A stretch of 64,000 bases of DNA from an uncultured Chloroflexia bacterium. GTDB lineage: Bacteria; Chloroflexota; Limnocylindria; Limnocylindrales; CSP1-4. The stretch lies in assembly GCA_963819655.1 (NCBI GenBank), contig CAWFXA010000002.1:32001-96000 (forward strand), given 5' to 3'. The notes beneath the pieces were generated by a model, which saw only the letters and a program-made list of their open reading frames with translations, ran no database searches and was not told the DNA's origin. Positions 21,312 through 31,125 of the stretch are shown here, in pieces. How positions within the stretch are numbered: the stretch's first letter is position 1; each line of letters starts with the position of its first letter. The position numbers and the translations under genes are program-made.

Positions 21312-22384
21312 TCGGCCGTGAGGGTGCCGGTCATGTTCGGGTGGACCGAGCAGATGAACGGATAGTCACCCGCGGCGAGGGCCGGGACGTTGTAGTCCGC
21401 CTCGGCGACGCCTGTGATGATGTCGCCCCGAACGATGACCTGACCGCTGGAGTCGTTGACCTGGACGTTGTGCGCCACGCCGGTCTCGTTGTTGGCGAAA
21501 TGGATGACGAAGGCCTCGTCAGCGGGCGCGGTCACGGTGCTCTGATCGAAGGCACTGCTCGAGCTCGTCGAGATCTCGACGACCGTCGCATTCGGATCCG
21601 GCGTGGCGGCGGGCGACGTGCCAGGCGACGCACTCGCGCCGCCGGTGAGCGCGTCGAGGTAACAATCCGGGTAGGGCGTCGCCCCGGGAGCGGGCTTGTA
21701 GTTCGGGTCGCGCCAGCCCGTGAAGGTGATGACCTCACCTGTGATCGGGTCCTTCTTCGGATCGAGCAGATGCTCGTCCCGGACGATGTATGTCGTGTCG
21801 TTCGTCGCGAGCAGGAACGCGATGAGCTCCTCGATCTGGCGATAATTGAGCGGCCCCGCCGGATTGCCCTGGTCCGACCAGATCGGCATCTTGGAGAGCG
21901 GGTTGCCGCAGACATAGCGGCCACCGACGGTCAGCACGTTCCGGATGTATGCCTCGTTGAGGTGGCTGAACAGCTTCTCCTGGCTGTTGAGGGTCGGGCC
22001 CTCCCCGCCCTCGCCGTCGACCCCATGGCAGCGCGCGCAATTCGCCTCGTAGATGAGATAGCCGCGCTCGACCTTGGCGACCTGCTGGGCGTCGATCTCC
22101 ATGGCCTGACGGGCCGTCGTGAGCCCGCCCGGGGCGCCCAGCTCGTAGAACCAGTACAGCGAGACGAACAGGATGATGACGATCAGCGCGAGGAAGCCGA
22201 CCCAGCGTGCGTTGGCCGACTGGCGAACGACCTGGGCAGCCCGTTCCGGCGAGAACTCGATCCTGCGGATCGACGGTGGCGACGTGAACCGGTCGACTGG
22301 CGCGACCTCGTCCGGCGGGCGAACGGCGGGCAGGCGCTGCTCGGGCTCGTGCCCCTCGGGCTCGCGTCCGGGCGTATCGGTCAT
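21308..22384 (-). CDS. Membrane-anchored cytochrome c fused to a C-terminal cupredoxin
   Basis: TM helix, CARCHG, KMP distal Met, AHNV...FICSVHPNMTGTL type-1 Cu ligands. Confidence 0.88.
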   Translation of the reverse strand: MTDTPGREPEGHEPEQRLPAVRPPDEVAPVDRFTSPPSIRRIEFSPERAAQVVRQSANARWVGFLALIVIILFVSLYWFYELGAPGGLTTARQAMEIDAQQVAKVERGYLIYEANCARCHGVDGEGGEGPTLNSQEKLFSHLNEAYIRNVLTVGGRYVCGNPLSKMPIWSDQGNPAGPLNYRQIEELIAFLLATNDTTYIVRDEHLLDPKKDPITGEVITFTGWRDPNYKPAPGATPYPDCYLDALTGGASASPGTSPAATPDPNATVVEISTSSSSAFDQSTVTAPADEAFVIHFANNETGVAHNVQVNDSSGQVIVRGDIITGVAEADYNVPALAAGDYPFICSVHPNMTGTLTAE

Positions 22385-22424
22385 CGGTCCCCTCGAGCGG
22401 TCGGGTCGATCACTGGCATGCCGC

Positions 22425-23099
22425 TCAGATGCAGCCGGTCGGAGTGCGCGGCGGGATGATGCCCGGCTGCCCGAGCGCGACAGGGAGTGGCCCCAGGGTG
22501 ATCTTGCCAGTATCGATCGAGAGGGCGCCGCCGCCATCGACCGAGATGGAGAACCGGTCCATCCCGCGCGGCGCCGGGCCGTACTGCGCACCGTCGGCCT
22601 TGATCCCGAGCCGGTCGTAGCGCGACCCATGACAGGGACACTCCAGCCAGAAGTTCTTCAGGCACGGGTTGGGCTTGCAGCCCAGGTGCGGGCAGCGCTG
22701 GTAGAGGGCCCGCACATTGAGCGCCGACCCGTCGCCGCTCGTGTCCTCGCCGGCGACGAACCGTTGCTGGGCCGGGTCCTTGAGGATCACGAACGCCCTG
22801 GCCTCGGGGAAGTAGGCCGGGAAACCCTCCGCGATCGGCAGAGTGCTGTTGAGCGTCTTGACCTCGTCGAGCGTGCCGATCCGCAGGACGCCGCCGAAGC
22901 CCTTGCGGAGGGCGGGCCAGGCGAAGGCCAGCGTGCCGGCCAACGCCTCGAGGGTTCCGAGCGCGATCCCCGCCCCGAGCGCGACGCGCATCAGCCGGCG
23001 TCGGGACATGCCCTGCACCTGTTCCTTGCGCAGCGACTTGATGGCCTCGGACGTGAGGGCGGCGGGCTGGGCGGCGGGTTCGACCTGGTAATTGCTCAT
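22425..23099 (-). CDS. Rieske 2Fe-2S subunit of a Rieske/cytb complex
   Basis: Tat-like SRRRLMR plus TM helix, CPHLGC and CPCHGSRY, GPAPRGM. Confidence 0.93.
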   Translation of the reverse strand: MSNYQVEPAAQPAALTSEAIKSLRKEQVQGMSRRRLMRVALGAGIALGTLEALAGTLAFAWPALRKGFGGVLRIGTLDEVKTLNSTLPIAEGFPAYFPEARAFVILKDPAQQRFVAGEDTSGDGSALNVRALYQRCPHLGCKPNPCLKNFWLECPCHGSRYDRLGIKADGAQYGPAPRGMDRFSISVDGGGALSIDTGKITLGPLPVALGQPGIIPPRTPTGCI

Positions 23100-23106
23100 G
23101 ACGGAC

Positions 23107-23709
23107 CTACAGCGAGAAGTACATGCCAGGGGCGGTCACGAACGGGATGACGAACGTGTAGCCCGGGCCACGGAAGAAGATCCCGACGAACGTCAGGACC
23201 AGGCCGAGGATGCAGAACAGCGTGAACAGGACCACCGCAGTCTTTCGCTGCGAGGGCCGCGTGACCAGGAGGTCGCCGCGATCGACATACGGGATGAATG
23301 CCGCCCCGACGAGCACGAAGGTCGGCGCGAGGACGCCTGCCACGACCGGATGCAGGTAAGCCAGAAGCTCCTGGAGTCCGAGGAAGTACCACGGCGCCTT
23401 GGCGACAGCCGGAGTGACGTTGCCGTTCGCCAGCTCTTCGAGGGGCGCGTTGATGAACAGCCCCATGAGCAGCAGGAAGATCGACATCACGCCGGCCGCC
23501 AGGAACTCGATCGACAGCAGATGCGGCCAGGTCATGACCGTGTCGTCCGGTTCCTTCTGGACGCGGACGACGGCGTCCTGCTTGACCAGCGCGAGCAGCC
23601 GATACGGCCGCGCCGACATCGGCACGCGCTGCTTGTCGATCTCGGTCCGCCGCGCCGGGTCGACGGGCAACACCTCGCGCCGCGTCGTCGGATCCTTCGT
23701 ATCCGTCAT
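23107..23709 (-). CDS. Cytochrome b6f subunit IV-like (cytochrome b C-terminal) protein
   Basis: TWPHLL, APLEELAN, KAPWYFLGLQELL (PEWY-equivalent), PYVDR. Confidence 0.88.
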   Translation of the reverse strand: MTDTKDPTTRREVLPVDPARRTEIDKQRVPMSARPYRLLALVKQDAVVRVQKEPDDTVMTWPHLLSIEFLAAGVMSIFLLLMGLFINAPLEELANGNVTPAVAKAPWYFLGLQELLAYLHPVVAGVLAPTFVLVGAAFIPYVDRGDLLVTRPSQRKTAVVLFTLFCILGLVLTFVGIFFRGPGYTFVIPFVTAPGMYFSL

Positions 23710-23827
23710 TCGAACTGCCTCGCGGGCCAATAGGAGCATTCAGCGCAAGGCGGCGACGAGCACGCGAAAGAGCGCATCTCAGGATGCGTGAGTGAGCGCG
23801 CGCAGGAGCCAACGCGGCGATGGATGC

Positions 23828-24556
23828 TCATAGCGGCCCGCTGATCCCACCATCTTTTCGGATCCGCCAAAAGTGCACCGTAAGAAAGATGGCCGCGATG
23901 AGCGGCAAGAACACGACATGTCCCACATAGAAACGGATAAGGGTGTTCTGGCCGACCTCGACGCCGCCCAGCAGGATCCGATTGACCGGTGTGTTGAAGA
24001 TCGGTACGTAGCCACCCATGTTGGTGCCGATCGTGATGGCCCAGAAGGCGATCTGATCCCACGGCAGCAGATAGCCCGTGAAGCTGAGCATGATCGTCAG
24101 GAACAACAGGACGACGCCGACCACCCAGTTGAACTCGCGCGGCGGCTTGTATGCCCCGTGGTAGAAGACCCGCATCATGTGCAGGAACACGAAGAAGACC
24201 ATGAGGTGGGCGCCCCACCGATGGACGTTCCGGGTCAGCAACCCGAAGGTGACCTCGCTCTGGATCTCGAGGATGTTCGTGTACGCCAGGGTCGCGGACG
24301 GCACGTAGAAGAACATCAGGTACACGCCCGTCACGGTCAGGACGAGGAACAGGAAGAACGACAGCCCGCCGAGGCAGAACGTATAGGCGAACTTGACCGC
24401 GTGCTGGCGGACGCGGACCGGGTGGATGTGCAGGAAGACGTTGTTCATGACCGCGTACGCGCGCGAGCGCTCGTCCCGCGGGTAGGGCTGCCGGAAGAGG
24501 GACCGCCAGACCGGGCTGCGCCGGATCGTCTGGTCGACCCGCTCCAGGAAACTCAC
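23828..24556 (-). CDS. Cytochrome b6-like (N-terminal cytochrome b) subunit
   Basis: FCLGG, TGVYLMFFYVP, RNVHRWGAH, LHMMRVFYHGAYKPPREFNW, FTGYLLPWDQ, RFYVGH. Confidence 0.94.
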   Translation of the reverse strand: MSFLERVDQTIRRSPVWRSLFRQPYPRDERSRAYAVMNNVFLHIHPVRVRQHAVKFAYTFCLGGLSFFLFLVLTVTGVYLMFFYVPSATLAYTNILEIQSEVTFGLLTRNVHRWGAHLMVFFVFLHMMRVFYHGAYKPPREFNWVVGVVLLFLTIMLSFTGYLLPWDQIAFWAITIGTNMGGYVPIFNTPVNRILLGGVEVGQNTLIRFYVGHVVFLPLIAAIFLTVHFWRIRKDGGISGPL

Positions 24557-26388
24557 CGGGCTCCTCCTGCGACGCCGGGGGTTCCGGCCAGCTGCGCATC
24601 CCGGTACGACTCCTTGTAGAGCCGTCCGTCAGTCGAGATCTCCTGCATCTCGAACCGCTCCATCGTAATGGCGTCGAACGGGCACCGCTTGACACACAAC
24701 GCGCAGCGGATGCAGCGCTCCTCGTCGAGGATCATCGCGCCGCCGTTCTCCCAGCCATAGGCCTCTTCCAGCTCCGGCAGGAGGCCCTCCGACTTGAGCG
24801 TGTTGATGTCGGTCATGTGGATGACGCCCTCGGGGCAGACATCGGCGCAGGCGCCACACAGGACGCAGCGGAACGGGTCGAACCAGATGTTGTAGTTGCA
24901 CATGAGGCAGCGGGTCGACTCGGCGACCGCGCCATTCGCGTCGTACCCGAGCTCGACCGGCGTGTTGAAGTTGACGATCGGATCGGTCGATGGCATCCGA
25001 GCCTGGAGCGGGACCATCGGGATGTGCTGTCGAGGAAGCACGTCGTAGAACTCGGGCATGTCGTGGCGCCACGAGCTCGTGACCTTCACGTTGGCGTCGA
25101 CCGTCACGTCGGTCCGCCCGGCAAGGTACCGGTCGAGCGCATAGGCGGCCTTCTTGCCGTGCCCGGCCGCCTCGATCAGTGTCGTCGGGCCGGTCACGAA
25201 GTCGCCGCACGCGAACACGCCACGGACGTTCGTGGCGTACGTCGCGGGGTCGACCTTGACCCGGCCGCGATTGATCTCGAAACTCGCCTCGACCGGGAGG
25301 AACGTGAGATCGGCCGCCTGCGACACGGCCGGGATGACGGTCTTGGCCGGGACGATGAACTCCGATCCCTCGATCGGGACAGGGGAGCGTCGACCGGACG
25401 CGTCCGGCTCGCCGAGGCGGTTGCGGATGAACTTGACGCCGGTGACCTTGCCGTCCTCGCCGAGCACCTCGATCGGGCTGGCCAGGAACTCCATCCGGAC
25501 GCCCTCGCGCTCGGTCTCGCCGAGCTCCTCCTCGTCGACGACGAGCTCGGAGCGGGTTCGCCGGTAGGCGATCGTCACGTTCTCGGCGCCGTGGCGCAGG
25601 CTCGTGCGCGAGCAGTCCATCGCGGTGTACCCGCCGCCGATGACGACGACGTCATTGCCCACCTCGAGCGGCTCACCGAGATTGGCGCGCTTCATGAAAT
25701 CGACGCCGTAGTCGACGCCGTCGAGGTCGGCACCCGGGACGTCCAGGGCGACGGCGTCCATCGCTCCGGCGGTGATGGCGATCGCGTCGAAGTCGCGCTG
25801 GAGCTGATCGAACGTGATGTCCTTGCCGATCGTCGTGTCGTAGATGAACGTGACCCCGAGGCGCTCGATCAGGCGGATATCCATCTCGATCGCCTCACGC
25901 GGAAGGCGGAATGCCGGCACGCCGATGAGCATCGTGCCGCCGCCGTACGGCAGGCTGTCGAACACCGTGCACTGGTAGCCCTTCATCGCCAGCTCGCGGG
26001 CGACGGACAGGCCGGCCGGGCCGGCACCGACGATGGCGACGCGCTCGGATCGCTGCGCGATGTCGGGCATGACGTCCGGGATGCCGGACGCCTCGTGCCA
26101 CTCGACGAGGAACCGCTTCATCGCCCGGATCGCGAGCGGGCGATCGATATCGCCGCGCCGGCATGCCCGCTCGCACGGGGCGGAGCAGACGTACGAGCAC
26201 ATCGCAGCGACCGGGTTCGGTTCGCGCGACAGGATGTAGCCCTCTTCGAACCGGCCCTCGGCGGCGAGGTTGAGATAGCCCCGGCAGTTCGTCCCGACAG
26301 GGCAGGCTTCCTGGCATTCGATGTTGCACTGCAACCAGGAGGCGTCGACAGGCTGGACGAGGAATTCCTGGGCTGGATCGATGGCCAA
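24553..26388 (-). CDS. GltD/NfnB-like NAD(P)H-dependent FAD/4Fe-4S oxidoreductase with an extra C-terminal 2x[4Fe-4S] ferredoxin domain; start approximate
   Basis: CQEACP, CSYVCSAPCERAC, GAGPAG, GGGYTAMD, YRRT, RCLMC, CVLCGACADVCP, CIRCALCVKRCP. Confidence 0.9.
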   Translation of the reverse strand: MAIDPAQEFLVQPVDASWLQCNIECQEACPVGTNCRGYLNLAAEGRFEEGYILSREPNPVAAMCSYVCSAPCERACRRGDIDRPLAIRAMKRFLVEWHEASGIPDVMPDIAQRSERVAIVGAGPAGLSVARELAMKGYQCTVFDSLPYGGGTMLIGVPAFRLPREAIEMDIRLIERLGVTFIYDTTIGKDITFDQLQRDFDAIAITAGAMDAVALDVPGADLDGVDYGVDFMKRANLGEPLEVGNDVVVIGGGYTAMDCSRTSLRHGAENVTIAYRRTRSELVVDEEELGETEREGVRMEFLASPIEVLGEDGKVTGVKFIRNRLGEPDASGRRSPVPIEGSEFIVPAKTVIPAVSQAADLTFLPVEASFEINRGRVKVDPATYATNVRGVFACGDFVTGPTTLIEAAGHGKKAAYALDRYLAGRTDVTVDANVKVTSSWRHDMPEFYDVLPRQHIPMVPLQARMPSTDPIVNFNTPVELGYDANGAVAESTRCLMCNYNIWFDPFRCVLCGACADVCPEGVIHMTDINTLKSEGLLPELEEAYGWENGGAMILDEERCIRCALCVKRCPFDAITMERFEMQEISTDGRLYKESYRDAQLAGTPGVAGGAR

Positions 26389-26651
26389 GCGGGCGTGCCT
26401 TTCCGTGGATTGGTCGGGCTCGGGGCGCAACGTGATGATCGGCTGTTCGCCGACCGCCCGAATCTACCATTGGCCTCGTGAGCGCTGCAAAGCGCGGCCG
26501 GGTGCGGGCGAGCGGGTGGCCGGCTGCCGGGAACCCGTTCTCGCGCACGCGTCACAGGTTGACGCTGACCCGTGTTCGCAGCTACGCTGGCCATCCGGGG
26601 GAACCCGCCCGTGCTCGGTGAGGGGCGCGATCGGATGGAGTTGCGGACAGC

Positions 26652-28394
26652 GTGACCGGGAGCGAGTTCGTCTTCCTGGCGTTCGGCCTGATCCTCGGGA
26701 TCGCCGCGGGTGCCGCACTCATCGAGTTCATCCGGGCACGGCGACCCGCGAGTGCAGTGCGCGTGATCGTAGCTCCGGACGCGATCCCTCGTCGTCGCGC
26801 CGCGACCCTCGCCAACGATGCATTCACCGACTCACCGGTCGTGCTGGATCCGGCACACGGAGGGCCGGCCGACCGCCAGGACCTGCTGTCGAACAACGGC
26901 GTGACCGCGCCCGCACTTCGAACACCTGTTCTCGCACCGCAGCCAGGGACGGTTGCCGAGCCGGCCTTCCGGCTGACCGGTCCGACGCCTCCGAGCGTCG
27001 GTCCTCTCGTGCCAGGCTCCCCGGGTCGGGCCGTCGCGCAGGGGATGCCGATCTCGACCGGCATCGACCCGATGCTGCTCGCCTTGCGGGCGAGCGCCGC
27101 GGCGAGTGCTGAGGCGGCCATGCACGGTGCCGCCGCGCCGGTCGCCACGGCCGTCATGACCGAGTCGGACGAGCCGGCCGAGGTTGCTGCGACGGCGAAC
27201 CCGACGTCGACGAAAGGTCGCGCGACGAAGGGTGCGAGCCGGGCGGCGCCAGAAGCCCCGTCATCGACCGAAGCCCCGAGCGGACCGTGTGGCGATGCGC
27301 GCCGCATCGCCGATGAGCGTTGCGAGCTCGCGACCCGAGCCCGAGGTCAGGCGACCACGGCGGAGGAGACCCTTCGGGCAGCGCAGCGGGCCTACGACGA
27401 CCACGAGACCGCCATGGCGGAGGCCGCCACGGCAGCCGACGCCCGGGCGATCCGCGAGGCCAAGGACCAGGCCCAGGCACGATTCCGCGCAGGGCGGGCC
27501 GCGGCGCGGACCGCGGAGGACATCGAGAACGCGGCACGCGACTGGCTCCACGAGATCAATCGGATCAACGCCCAGACCGGCAACGCGACGGCGATCCTCC
27601 AGCGCGCGCGGGCCGCCGCCCCCGAGATGGCGGTCCGCCTGGAGCGGACGGCGGTCGCGGCCGATGGCGCGCGGGTCGCGGCCGAAGCCGCCGAGGCGGC
27701 GTGCGTGGCGGCCCGTCAGGCCGTGGCGGATTGCGAGGAACGCGCCACCAGCGGCCGGCCGAGCCCAGCGCCGACCGATACGGGCGACGATCGCGACCGG
27801 GACGACACGACGTCCGACACCCTGGTGGCCGCGCTGCGCGCCGGGGCGTCACCACGGATCGTGCGGCTGCTGCGCGGCGACCGGACGGCGATGCACGAGG
27901 TCGTCGATGCGCTCGGTGGCAACGACGCCGACGAGCGACGCCGATGGCAGGTCGCGATCGCCGATCTGATCGACGCGATCGTGGTGGATGCGATCGCCGC
28001 GTCCGCGTTCGACTTCCCGACCGACCATCCGTTCTGGGGCCCGTTCAACCGGTCGCAGGGTCGAGACATCGCCGCCGCGCTGTCGTCACTCGGGTATCGA
28101 TTCGATGGGCTTGGCGGCTGGGTGGACGATCGGTACCCGTCGCAGCGCGACCTGTCGCTCGCGCTGGGCTATGCCGGGCTCGACCCGATGCGGATGCGCC
28201 ACTGGCCGAACGACGCCGAGATGGCGACGCTGTTCGAGGAGGTCGAGGTGGCCGCTGCGGAGCACCTTGCCAACACGGCCGGCGACCTCACGCTTGGCGA
28301 GCTTGTCGCGATGCTCGGGCGACGGGCCGACGGCATGGCGGACATCTGGAACGAATGGGGGCGGATCAGGCCGATCCTGCTAGACGAGCGCTGA
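26652..28394 (+). CDS. Hypothetical protein: N-terminal TM, Ala-rich coiled coil, globular C-terminal domain
   Basis: 580-aa ORF with natural composition. Confidence 0.75.
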   Translation: MTGSEFVFLAFGLILGIAAGAALIEFIRARRPASAVRVIVAPDAIPRRRAATLANDAFTDSPVVLDPAHGGPADRQDLLSNNGVTAPALRTPVLAPQPGTVAEPAFRLTGPTPPSVGPLVPGSPGRAVAQGMPISTGIDPMLLALRASAAASAEAAMHGAAAPVATAVMTESDEPAEVAATANPTSTKGRATKGASRAAPEAPSSTEAPSGPCGDARRIADERCELATRARGQATTAEETLRAAQRAYDDHETAMAEAATAADARAIREAKDQAQARFRAGRAAARTAEDIENAARDWLHEINRINAQTGNATAILQRARAAAPEMAVRLERTAVAADGARVAAEAAEAACVAARQAVADCEERATSGRPSPAPTDTGDDRDRDDTTSDTLVAALRAGASPRIVRLLRGDRTAMHEVVDALGGNDADERRRWQVAIADLIDAIVVDAIAASAFDFPTDHPFWGPFNRSQGRDIAAALSSLGYRFDGLGGWVDDRYPSQRDLSLALGYAGLDPMRMRHWPNDAEMATLFEEVEVAAAEHLANTAGDLTLGELVAMLGRRADGMADIWNEWGRIRPILLDER

Positions 28395-28400
28395 CGGCGT

Positions 28401-29159
28401 CTAGCCCTTCGACTCGTCCTCATCGTCGTCGATGACGATCACGCGCAGGGCCTCTGCCGCCCCGGCGCCGATCGACTCGCCCTCCTCGGCCGCCCAGCTC
28501 CGGATGCGCGTGGCGAGGGCATCCATGTCGCGGATCTGGCTGCGATGCTCGGCCAGCGCGGCGAGCTTGCGGTCGAGCGTCCCTGTGATGTCGACCCATG
28601 CATCGGGGCGCTCCGACCAGAAGAGGTAGATGCGGCGGACCGCGTGCGCTGGCAGGCCGTCGCGCGCCAGGGCGGGGAACGCCATCGGGTTGCGCGCGGC
28701 CGGATAGACGGCATCGACCGCCGCGAAACCGGCCGCCCGATGGTCGGTGTGGTTCACTCCACCGCCGCGGTGGAATACGGCCTCGGGGTCAGTGGCGAAG
28801 ACCGCGTCGGGTCGGAACGTCCGGATCTCGCGGACGAGAAGCTCGCGCAATGGAAGGTCGTTCGCGAGCGCCCCGTCCGGCTGGTGCAGGAAGCTCACGC
28901 CCGCGTAGCCGACCACGGCCGCCGCGGCGCGCTGCTCGGTCTCGCGCAGGGCTGCGAGCTCGAGCGGATCGGCGTCCGGGTCTTCGCCACCTTGATCGCC
29001 CGAGGTGCAGCACACCAGCCAGCCGACGGATCCCGCATCGATCCAGCGGGCGGCGGTGCCGGCTGGACCGAAGTCGGCGTCGTCCGGGTGACCGGCGATG
29101 ACCATGAACCGGGCGGGCCGCCAGTCGTGGTCGCGAGGCGGCTCGGCCGGGCTCGTCAT
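28401..29159 (-). CDS. PIG-L/LmbE family deacetylase
   Basis: GHPDDADF, TSGDQG, NHTDH, KLAALAEHRSQ. Confidence 0.9.
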   Translation of the reverse strand: MTSPAEPPRDHDWRPARFMVIAGHPDDADFGPAGTAARWIDAGSVGWLVCCTSGDQGGEDPDADPLELAALRETEQRAAAAVVGYAGVSFLHQPDGALANDLPLRELLVREIRTFRPDAVFATDPEAVFHRGGGVNHTDHRAAGFAAVDAVYPAARNPMAFPALARDGLPAHAVRRIYLFWSERPDAWVDITGTLDRKLAALAEHRSQIRDMDALATRIRSWAAEEGESIGAGAAEALRVIVIDDDEDESKG

Positions 29160-29315
29160 GGGGCGCGGCGGAGGCGGGCTCCGACACGCGGCCGCGATGC
29201 AGGAATGTCCTTGCGGGCGGTGTGAGGGGCGCGTACGCTTGAGGCCGAGACTTCGCTCGTCTCCCCCCACGGGCGAAGTCTCCTTCCATCTCCCGGAGGA
29301 TCAGTCACCGGCCGG

Positions 29316-29798
29316 TCAGCGGGCGACTGCCTGGAGCTCGTCCAGGGCGGCCAGGACCGCGCTGGCGTGGCCCTCCGGCTTGACCTTCGGCCAGACCTTG
29401 GCGATGCGTCCGGCGGGGTCGACCAGGAACGTCGTCCGGGCCGTCCCCATGTACGTGCGTCCGTAGTTGTGCTTCTCGACCCACGAGCCGTACGCCTCAG
29501 CGACCTCGTGGTCCTCGTCGGCGAGGAGCGTGAACGGCAGCCCGAACTTCTCGCGGAACTGGCGCTTGCTGGCGGCGCCCTGGGGGCTGATACCCCAGAC
29601 ATCGGCTCCGCGCTCCGTGATGGTCTGGTTCGCGTCGCGGAACTCGCACGCCTCGACGGTGCAACCCGGCGTGTCGTCCTTCGGATAGAAGTACAGGATG
29701 GTCCAGCGGCCGCGTTGATCGGCGAGGTCGTGGACCGTGCCCGTCTCGTCGGGCAGGGCGATCGGGGGCGCCTGATCGCCGACGGTCGGCATACTCAT
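29316..29798 (-). CDS. bcp: Peroxiredoxin Bcp
   Basis: YFYPKDDTPGCTVEAC, RTTFLVD. Confidence 0.95.
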   Translation of the reverse strand: MSMPTVGDQAPPIALPDETGTVHDLADQRGRWTILYFYPKDDTPGCTVEACEFRDANQTITERGADVWGISPQGAASKRQFREKFGLPFTLLADEDHEVAEAYGSWVEKHNYGRTYMGTARTTFLVDPAGRIAKVWPKVKPEGHASAVLAALDELQAVAR

Positions 29799-29800
29799 CG

Positions 29801-30493
29801 TCAGAGCGTAGCAGGGGTCTCCACGATGAGGAGAGTGCCGGCCCGGAGAGTGACGGTCGCGGTCTGTGCGGTCCGCAGGTTGGACAGGCCGCGGCTCCGG
29901 CCGACGAGCAAGGCCTCGTCGTGGAGCGCGTACTGGAGGCCGACGGTGGTCACGCCGGTCGCGTCCGCACCGACCGGCAGCAACGACACGTGGTCGTCGA
30001 TCCGGCCGTTGAGGTCCACCTCTTCAGGCGAGCCGTCGGGCGCGGGCGCCAGCAGCAGCCGGACGCGTGCATCGGCGCCGACCAGACGGACGTCGACGGC
30101 GCGGAGCTCCGGCATCGCGAGGAGCGCCAGGTTCGCCAGCGCGTGATCGAGACGCGGGCCGCCGAGCGCGCCGACGATCGTGATCGCGGCAGGCCGCCGG
30201 GTCAGGGCCGCGGCGACGGCGAGCTCGGTGTCGGATTCGTCCTTGTCGACCGGCGCCCGCTCGACGGGAATCCCTGCAGCCTCGAGGGAGGCGATACCGT
30301 CCTCGCCGAGCGAGTCGCCATCGCCGACCCACAGATCGACACGGAGCCCGAGCACTCCGGCATGCCGTGCGCCGCCGTCCGCGGCGACCACGTACGGGTC
30401 GCGCGCCAGCCAGCCGGGCCAAGCCAGGTCGATCGCGATACGCGACCCCACGTCGCCGTCAGCGAGGACGATGGCCTGGGTGGTCGACATCAT
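29801..30493 (-). CDS. thiN: Thiamine diphosphokinase
   Basis: AADGGA, VGDGDS, KDESDTELA, GALGGPRLDHALAN, GLSN. Confidence 0.9.
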   Translation of the reverse strand: MMSTTQAIVLADGDVGSRIAIDLAWPGWLARDPYVVAADGGARHAGVLGLRVDLWVGDGDSLGEDGIASLEAAGIPVERAPVDKDESDTELAVAAALTRRPAAITIVGALGGPRLDHALANLALLAMPELRAVDVRLVGADARVRLLLAPAPDGSPEEVDLNGRIDDHVSLLPVGADATGVTTVGLQYALHDEALLVGRSRGLSNLRTAQTATVTLRAGTLLIVETPATL

Positions 30494-30541
30494 GCTGCGG
30501 ATGCTAGCGGCCCCGCACGGACCCGATGCTAGACTCCGGCC

Positions 30542-31102
30542 GTGCCTGCCCAGATCGACCACCCTGCCGTCCGACGCGTCATCGCCGCTGCAGAGCGGAA
30601 GGGGATCGACCTCGACATCGTCACGTTCGACGAGTCGACCCATACCGCCGAGGAGGCGGCGCTGGCGGTCGGTGGCGAACTCGGCCAGATCGTCAAGTCG
30701 CTCGTGTTCGTCGCCCCGTCGGACGAAGGGCCCGAACCGATCATCTGTCTCGTGTCGGGTCAGAATCGGGTCGACGTCGCGCGATTGGCAGCGGTCGCCG
30801 GCGAGCCGGACATCCGGCGGGCGACGGCTCGCGAAGCGCACGAGCTGGTCGGCTTCGTGATCGGCGGCATCCCGCCCATCGGTTTCGATCGGCCGGTCCG
30901 CGTGATCATGGACCCGGACCTCGGGCGGTATACGACCGTGTGGGCGGCGGCCGGTCTGCCGACCGCGGTCTTCGAGGTGCCTCCCGCGACGTTGCGCACG
31001 CTGGCCAACGCCACGGTCGCGCCGATCAGCGAGGAGCGCCGGGCGGCCGACGTCGAGGCGGACGAACAGGGATCCGGTCGCCTCGCCTCGACGGGGGCGT
31101 GA
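30542..31102 (+). CDS. YbaK/EbsC aminoacyl-tRNA deacylase family protein
   Basis: THTAEEAA, QIVKSLVF, GFVIGGIPPIG, WAAAG. Confidence 0.9.
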   Translation: MPAQIDHPAVRRVIAAAERKGIDLDIVTFDESTHTAEEAALAVGGELGQIVKSLVFVAPSDEGPEPIICLVSGQNRVDVARLAAVAGEPDIRRATAREAHELVGFVIGGIPPIGFDRPVRVIMDPDLGRYTTVWAAAGLPTAVFEVPPATLRTLANATVAPISEERRAADVEADEQGSGRLASTGA

Positions 31103-31125
31103 CGGCACAGGCCAGGTCGAGCCGC

